In this document: positions 56,707 to 64,000 of the stretch, piece by piece | Layout: each line of letters begins with the position of its first letter | How positions within the stretch are numbered: position 1 is the first letter of the stretch | NCBI RefSeq assembly: GCF_009914755.1 | Contig: NC_060935.1 | Strand: one strand, 5' to 3' | Length of the DNA: 64,000 nt | From: the human T2T-CHM13v2.0 reference genome, Homo sapiens | Notes under the pieces: model-generated | Told to the model about the DNA's origin: nothing | The model's database searches: none | Seen by the model: the letters and a program-made list of their open reading frames with translations, nothing else | Translations under genes and position numbers: made by a program

Positions 56707-59004
56707 TTAATATTTTTGGTATTGTGGTTAATATTGTGAACATTATTGTCAAATAATTTTAATCAGAATTTTATCAAAGTGTCTAGAAGTCAGCTTAGGG
56801 CCTGGCACAAAATCTTTGCGTGTGCGTGGCTACGCACACATGCAAACCTATGCACACACACACCAGTTTTCAAGCCTCACCCTCTCCAAGTGTGCTCTTC
56901 AAACAAGATTCAGGGTGAGGGCCGTGATGAGTAAACTTGACTATTTATAACCCAAGCCCATGATCCAGCAACTAAGTGGTTTAATTACGCTTATCACTGC
57001 CAGGCGCCTCTGTGGATTAATGTAGCTAATTCAATATCCTCTCTAAGAAGCGCCATTGGGGACTGTGATTCTGCTCTGAGGAGCAGCCTTCAGCCTCTCT
57101 GTTCACCACCAAGACCTTGGCTGGGGAGTTGGTGTTTGTCTCCCGAGGTGGTCTGTGAGAAGCTGGCCGACAGGTTAAACCCTCCTCTCTCCCTGCGTCC
57201 CTCCTCCTCTAGCACTTGGCTGTTGTGTCCATTGGAAACCTTCCCAGACTCTCCCTTCCACCTCCCATCTCCTTCCACCCCCTGCCAAGCACTTTTAATT
57301 TGCTTGGAATAATTGATTCTGTCTTCTTCTTGCACCTCATTTTTCCTCACTTTTATTTATCACCTTGAAACCTCTCCTTGATGTACGCAGGCCCCATGTC
57401 TGTGGGGAGATGAGAGTAGGGTGCTGCTGTGTAGCGGGTGGGTAAGGGGACAGCCTCTGCTACCAGACCCACAGTTTCCACTCTCCCCCAGGCACTGGTG
57501 ACCTCATGGCTGTGTCTCCAAGTCTAGGAAGCACCTGGCACAGAGGAGAGTAATGAACAGCTATAGAAGAGAGTGAGGAAGGAATGAAACGTGCCTGTGT
57601 TTTGCTGACTCTGGCATTTGCACTTGGTTTTTCCCCACAATGGCAAATGGCCTCCCCCTATACCTCACACCTAGTGACCATTCACAGTGGCACTCAGCAC
57701 CCAATCCCTCTGTAAAGCCCTCCCTGGTCACCATTTGCTCTTTGCATGAAAAAGATAAGGTTTCTATTGAAACCACAGGACAGCGAATTGCCCAGGGCCC
57801 TTCGGGAGTTGAAGGAGAGGCTAGGCAAGCTGCAGCCTTCCATCTGCCCAAGACCGTTAGGGAAATCTGCCTGTTGTTCCTGGGTAGCTTTTCTAAGGTC
57901 TCCTCAAAAATAGTGGTGCTACAGCCACAAAGCCAAGTCAAATGAATTAGAAGTGGGAACCCATTAACTTTTTGATCCAGGCTTTATGGCCATTTTTAAG
58001 TTATTTAACCTACTATCTCCTCCTCCTGCTGATTTGTGAGGATTAGACATTTGCTAAGGTGGGTACATTTAAGCAGGAACAAGAAAGCTCTGGTGGGTTT
58101 GGGATTTTGTAGGCAGAGTTGGATCCCTGCTTGGCCCTATAGTACTTTTTTTTTGCCCCAGGGGAGTTCTGCCAACATTCCCCCCACCCCATCCCACTCC
58201 CAACATCCTCCCAGTCTTCTGCTGATCTAACTGGGAAAAGACACAGATCACTCCAGGACTCCAAAGTAGATGATCTCTGGACACTGGTAGCTGTGGTGCC
58301 AGGCTAGAAAGAAGCCCCCTCCTCTCTTCTGTGGCTAGGGCACCATGGGCAGGTGTCGGGAGAGGGGGCCAGCAACAGGGCCCCGAGAGCCTCTATCTGC
58401 CCAGCTCACATATGGTGTCGAGGAGCCACAGGGAAGCAAACAGTCCTACTTCTGTCCTTGTGCCACCCACTTTTGTGGAAGCCATTGGGCTGCTGGGCTC
58501 AGAGCAATCCGTAGAGCTTTCCAGGCAGGAAGAGAAGGTGCAAGACAGAGCAGAGGAACTCCCCAGAATGAATCACACCAAAAGGCCTGGGTTCGTCCAG
58601 CTGAGAATTGAGGGTGTAGCCAAGCACAATGAGCACAGCCTCTGAGAGGACAGACAGCAGGAAGATGGTAAATAATGCCAGCGCTGCTTTGTGGTAGGGA
58701 GCTCTTTTGAAGGCCAGTTGTAGAGGAGGGGCCCCACAGCACAACCTTCAGCATCTCAGCCTTGGTGGGACTCCACAGAAGGACTGATGGGCTCAGCGGT
58801 GGGCGGGGGGAAGTTTCAGAATCATTTTAAAATTTACTTTTATGCTATTAATTTTTTGCTGACAGATTAGAAAGATAAATCAATCTGGCAGTGGGTCCTG
58901 AGTTTAGGGTTGTTTTCTATGTATGCAAGAACCATTTGTTAATGTGCTTTGTTAGCTGTGTGAGGGAGAGAAGGCAGGCCAGCAGCCTTGGGTAGAAAAT
59001 CCAA

Positions 59005-59160
59005 TTTTAGCACTGGAAGGAGCCTCAGAGGTCCTGGTTTAGCCTCCTCATTTTACAGGTGAAGAAACAGAGGCAGAGAAGGAAGGTGACTTGCTGGAGT
59101 TCACAGGCTACTTTGTGGCAGAGTTGAGACAGGACCTGTGGCTCTTGACTCCCAGGCTGG
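59005..59160 (-). mobile_element. MIR/MIR3
   Basis: ctcctcattttacaggtgaagaaacagaggc. Confidence 0.75.
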
Positions 59161-59342
59161 CAATGGCAACCCTGAAAGAGGGGGTGTTAAGCCTGAGTGC
59201 CAAGTGTTTCTCATTTGGTCCCCGCACAGTAGTCATTAAAACATGTTCACTGAATTGAAAAAAACAAATTGCCAAGACATAGTCTTGGTACACCCTAATC
59301 CTGCCCTGGTTATAAAAAAGGGATCTACAAACTAGAAATCTC

Positions 59343-59660
59343 TTTTTTTTTTTTTTTTTTTTTTTTGGAGGCTGGGGATGTAGAGTCTCGCTCCGTGGTC
59401 CAGGCTGGAGTGCAGTGGTGTGATCTGAGGTCACTGCAGCCTCCGCCTCCCGGATTCAAGTGATTCTCCTGCCTCAGCCTCCTAAGTAGCTGGAATTACA
59501 GGCATGTGCCACCGTGCTTGGTTAATTTTTTTGTATTTTTAGTAGAGAAGGGGTTTTGCCATGTTGGCCAGGCTGGTCTCAAACTCCTGACCTCAAGTGA
59601 TCTGGCCACCTTGGCCTCCCGAAGTGATGGGATTACAGGCGTGAGCTGCCACCCCCGGCC
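59343..59660 (-). mobile_element. Alu (AluS-type)
   Basis: Poly-T, both arms; TSD tagaaatctct/tggaaacctct. Confidence 0.96.
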
Positions 59661-59749
59661 TGGAAACCTCTGTTTCTATCATTCTGTTACTTCCTCATCT
59701 AGAACACAGGCTCTCCAAAGTGAGGTACTCTGTGTTCCATTTAATTAAT

Positions 59750-59960
59750 GTCATAATAATCTATTGATGAGCTATTTTGTAATGGATGCTGGACTGAGTA
59801 CCTTGGACAGATGCTTCCATGGACTCTTCACCAAATCAGAAAGTAGGCATTGTTACCCTCATCACAGATGAGGAAGTGAAACTCGGATAAATTAAATTCA
59901 GATCACACAGTGGGTTAGTGGTTGTGTCAGGATTTGAACCCAGATCTATAGGCTCCTGAG
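59750..59960 (-). mobile_element. MIR
   Basis: acagatgaggaagtgaaactc...caggatttgaacccagatct. Confidence 0.75.
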
Positions 59961-62285
59961 GAACACATGTGCAGTAAAGCCTTTTGCAACGTGAAAGTTA
60001 ATTGCGGAGGGTTCCTGTCTGCACACCTGCATCTAAGTTGACCTGTGTACAGGGGACACAGGGTGGGAAGACCCCAGTGTGAGAAGCGCAGTAGAGAGGG
60101 AGCGATTCTTTTCACCTTGGCATGGCCCCCCAGGCTTGCTCACCACCCAGACTCCCTACTTCAAGCACAATTAACAAGCTCTCTGTGGTCAGCTCAGAAC
60201 CCGTGCCTGGCAGGGGCAGGCAGAGCCTTGCCAGTGGGAAGCACGTGGCAAGGAAGCTGCCAGGCAGAGGGCAGAGGAAGAGGCAGGAGGTGCCACAGTG
60301 CCATTCCAATATAAAAGAAAAGAAAAAGGAAAAACAAAAAAGCCTTAGCGGTTCTTGGCTCCAAATCCCAATTTGCATCTCATCTGGGAGTCATTTGCAT
60401 AGGAAGTCCTATCGGTAGCTTTATGAAATAAAATAAATAAAATAAATGGCCGATAAGGCTGCCAAGCAGACTCCCATAAGCCTGTGCTCTGAGAGGGAAG
60501 TGATTGCTTTGTTGGGTTCTGCATAGAGTCCCCAGGAGCCCCTCCCTGCCAGGCTCTGGGTGGGTTTGGGGGAAGGGCAGGTTTCTGGGCCCAGGTTCTG
60601 GAGGAAGCAGACAAGTCAGACACACAGTCGGACAGCCACCTGGATGCAATAAAAGCAGACCATGTTCTCACCAGGAAACGATTCTGCAGGTTTCTCTAGA
60701 CCTTCTGTGCTGACTTGACGTCAGCAGCATCTTCGGTGAAGGGCCTGCTCCTTCCTCCCAAGCCCTGCTGGGCTTCCGGGCTGGCTCCTGTGCTCCCCTC
60801 AGCAGCAGTCCTCGGTGCTGAGTGGGAGGATGATCCTGGGAAGCTTCTCCCGGTGAAGGTTCCTGGATCTCCTTGCCAAGGCTGCTGTGGTATGTCGGGA
60901 GGGGATCTCAGGAATCTGTACCACCAGCTTGCGGCTGGGGGGTGGGGAGACACCCTCTGAGGACCCTCTTCCAAGGTGTGAGCTGGAGGAGCTATTAATA
61001 GTAAGATGCCGGGTGTTCCCTGCAGGGTGACAGGGCAGCTGTGCACCCCACCAAGCCCTGACCAGCATCCTCCCACAACCTGTGAAGGGTCTCGTGCATC
61101 CTCCCACAACCTGTGAAGAAGAGATCACCAACTTCTTGTGACCAGTGAGGAACAGACACTCAGGGCAACCGGGGCCTGCCCAAGTCTGTCAGCCAGGGAG
61201 CAGGAGGTCTGATTTAAAATCTAGCTCTTCAGTCTCAAAAGGCTGCTGTTTTTAGGAAGAGATCCCTGCAAATGAAGCCACAACTCTACTTGCAGAGTTT
61301 TGAGGCAACTGGGTCAGAGCAGAATCTGTAACCTTGCTAGGGAAGCCACGTCAGCAGAGCCCCCCCATGATCTGATACTGACATCTGGAGGGACAGAGCC
61401 ACAGCCAGAGTCACACAGCCCGCCAAGGTGGGCAGGCCCCTGTCTAAGAGCTGTTACAAAAGCCATAGTGACCCCAGCTTGGGTGGGAAATGGAGAGATC
61501 CACCCCTTCCCTGAGCCCAGAGGGTCTTCTCACAGTCAAAGAGAGTTTAACAGTGTTGGCCTGATGCCCCTTAAACATCATCTAGTTTATGTTTTTTCAT
61601 TCCTTTTAAAGTTTTCCCATTTTCATTAGTTGATTTTACTTTCCACCCTCCCTGCAGCTCTCAGGGAGGAGGGAGCACACAGCTTTTTAGACAGGTCAGG
61701 GTGGGGACCCAGTCTCCTGCCCCCCAGCCCAAAGCTGTCTACACTGGCCTTGCTCCTCTTTGGCTCTGCTCGAGGGCCACCTGTTGTCACTGTTTGCACA
61801 GCTGAGGCATGAAGCATAGCAGTGATTAGTGACCCACAGTGGGTTTCTAAGCCTGTTCACCCTCCTCCATAGTCAAGTCAGAGGAGGCTCCCTCCAAGCG
61901 AGGGACGGAGGCAGGAGAGCACAGCCGTGGGCCTAGGCCGGAAGATGGCCTGGAGGTGCCTCCTCGTGGGCCAGTCCCACCCTCTCCCTTGTGGCCTTCA
62001 AGGAAGTGGTCCTGAGGGAAGATGGTGCTCAGCTGGATGGGGACTCCCGAATGAGGCATCACTGCTCACCTCATCGTGTCCTTTACAGGAGAGCAGCTGA
62101 GCACGGATGGGTGGTTTGGAGAAAATGGGCAAGAAAGCTCTGGAGTTTTGCCCAACTTTATTCAGAGCAGAATAGAAATGCAGGTGAATTGGAAGAATTT
62201 GGTGCGGAGCCTGAGGGGCCTCCGGCTTAAGGCTGGGGAGCAGAGGCCAAAGCCTGGGCCAGCAGTTGAGCAATCAGACAACACA

Positions 62286-62289
<4 letters not shown>

Positions 62290-62337
<48 letters not shown>
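62290..62337 (+). repeat. (TG)n microsatellite
   Basis: About 24 uninterrupted TG units. Confidence 0.98.
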
Positions 62338-62340
<3 letters not shown>

Positions 62341-62394
62341 GGTGGCTAGGGGAAGACAAAGTGAATTAGGGTGGGAAAATCAAACAGGTCAGGA

Positions 62395-62530
62395 GAGACT
62401 AGAACCTAATTCTACCTTTGTCACTCATTGGCTGAGCGGCCTCAGACAAGCAATTTAAGTGACCTTCAGTTTCCTTTTCTGTAAAATTGGGATCATGCGT
62501 ATCCCAACAAGTCCTATGTAGATTTTAGGA
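62395..62530 (+). mobile_element. MIR
   Basis: ccttcagtttccttttctgtaaaattggga. Confidence 0.65.
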
Positions 62531-62759
62531 GACTGTTTCCCTGATGGTGTTGAATTTGAATGAGAGACTACATACCCTATTTTCCTTTTTTGGCAAAACA
62601 GTCATCATTTTCAATTCAACAAATATATGAGTAGTTATTCTACATCCAGCCCAATCTTAGGTGCTGTGGGGGAGACAACAGGTAAGAGATGATGCCGGCC
62701 CTTGTCTTTCAAAATTAGAGGCTTGAGAATAACGAAGACACCAGAATCTGTTTTTCCTT

Positions 62760-64000
62760 TTTGTTTTGTTGTTTAAACAGCTGTGCTGAGATGAATTTAC
62801 ATAACATATAATGCACCCATTTAAAGTGCACAGTGTAATGGTTTTTAATGTATTTTAATGTATTTAACCGTTAGGCAAGCTTCATCACAATCACTTTTCC
62901 AATTTTTTCAGCACCCCAAGAAGAAAGCCCATCCCCTTGAGCTATCACTCCTCATTGTCCCCATTCATCCCAGCCCCTGCCAACTGCTCATGTACTTTCT
63001 GTGTCTTTAGATTTGCGGATTTTGGACATTTCTCTTTTTTTTGGAGACGGAGTCTTGCTGTGTCACTCAGGCTGGAATGCAGTGGCGTGACTTGACTCAT
63101 TGCAACCTCCACTTCCCGAGTTCAAGTGATTCTCCTGCCCCAGCCTCCCAAGTAGCTGGGATTACAGGCGCCCGCCACCGTGCCAAGCTAATTTTTGTAT
63201 TTTTAGTAGATTGGCCAGGCTGGTCTTGAACTCTTGACCTCATCATCTGCCTGCCTCAGCCTCCCAAAGTGCTGGGATTATAGGCGTGAAGCACTGTGCC
63301 TGGCCCTTGGACATTTCATTTAAATGGAATCAGACAATGTGTGGCCTTTTGTGTCTGGCATTCTTCACATGGCATAATGTGTTCAAGGCTCATCCGGGTT
63401 GTAGCGTGTGTCAATAATTCATTTCCTTTCATGGCTGAATAATATTCCATTGTATGGCTCTACCACATTTTATTTGTTAATCAGTTCATAGATATTTGGG
63501 TTTTTTTCCACTTTTTGTCTATTATGAATGATGCTGCTGTGAACATTCATGTATATGTTTTTAGGTGGACACATGTTTTCGATTCTCTTGGATATATACC
63601 TAGGAGTAGAATTGCTAATCATATGGTAAATCTATATTTTATCCTTTGGGGAACTCCAGACTGCTCTCCAAAGTGGCTGCCCCGTTTTACATTCCCACCA
63701 GCAATGTATGAGGGTTCTAATTTCTCTGCATTCTGTCTCACATGGTTTTGATTTGTATTTCCCTAAGTCTAATGATGTTGAGGATCTTTTCATGTGCTTA
63801 CTGACCATTTTTATATCATCTTTGGAGATCTGTCTGTTCAGATTTTTTGCCCCTTTTTAATTGGGTTATTTGTCTTTTTATTAAGTTGTAAGAGTTCTTT
63901 CTATATTCTAGGTATAACCCCTTATCATTTATATGATTTGCAAATATTTTCTGTCATTGGTAGGCTGTCTTTTTACTTTCTTCACAGTGTCCTTTGAAGG
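62760..64000 (-). mobile_element. L1MB-type 3' end, running off the window, interrupted by an Alu
   Basis: cacccatttaaagtg...tggctgaataatattccattgtatgg...ttttacattcccaccagcaatgtatgagggtt. Confidence 0.9.
63035..63305 (-). mobile_element. Alu (AluS-type) with a small internal deletion
   Basis: TSD ttggacatttc; lacks the usual ggggtttcaccatg segment. Confidence 0.95.

Noticed and set aside
61065-61118. Repeat-spacer-repeat resembling a CRISPR unit
   Set aside because: Only two copies, an 8-bp spacer, a eukaryotic context and no cas genes

Overview
Primate (very likely human) genomic DNA, non-coding and dominated by interspersed repeats. I see about 20 Alu or Alu-monomer copies, many MIR and L2 fragments, several L1 pieces (including a ~7.9 kb, 5'-truncated L1MA-type copy), an L3/CR1 remnant, three LTRs and several hAT and Tigger DNA-transposon remnants. 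I find no recognisable protein-coding exon, RNA gene, CpG island or CRISPR array. The ORF track is explained by Alu/L1/L2/L3 sequence or by chance. Retroelements lie mostly on the minus strand, which suggests (inference only) that the window is inside an intron of a plus-strand transcription unit. Unique stretches carry a good CTCF motif, several enhancer-like motif clusters and a few plus-strand candidate exons. The most distinctive sequence-level observations are: two deep transposon nests; three fold-back or templated-insertion scars; a Tigger transposase HTH relic next to a MEF2/NKX/GATA motif cluster; a severely truncated young AluY with a perfect TSD; and a G-quadruplex in an Alu tail. 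I found no new biological system that I can support. Repeat subfamily names come from remembered consensus sequences, and boundaries of old repeats are approximate.
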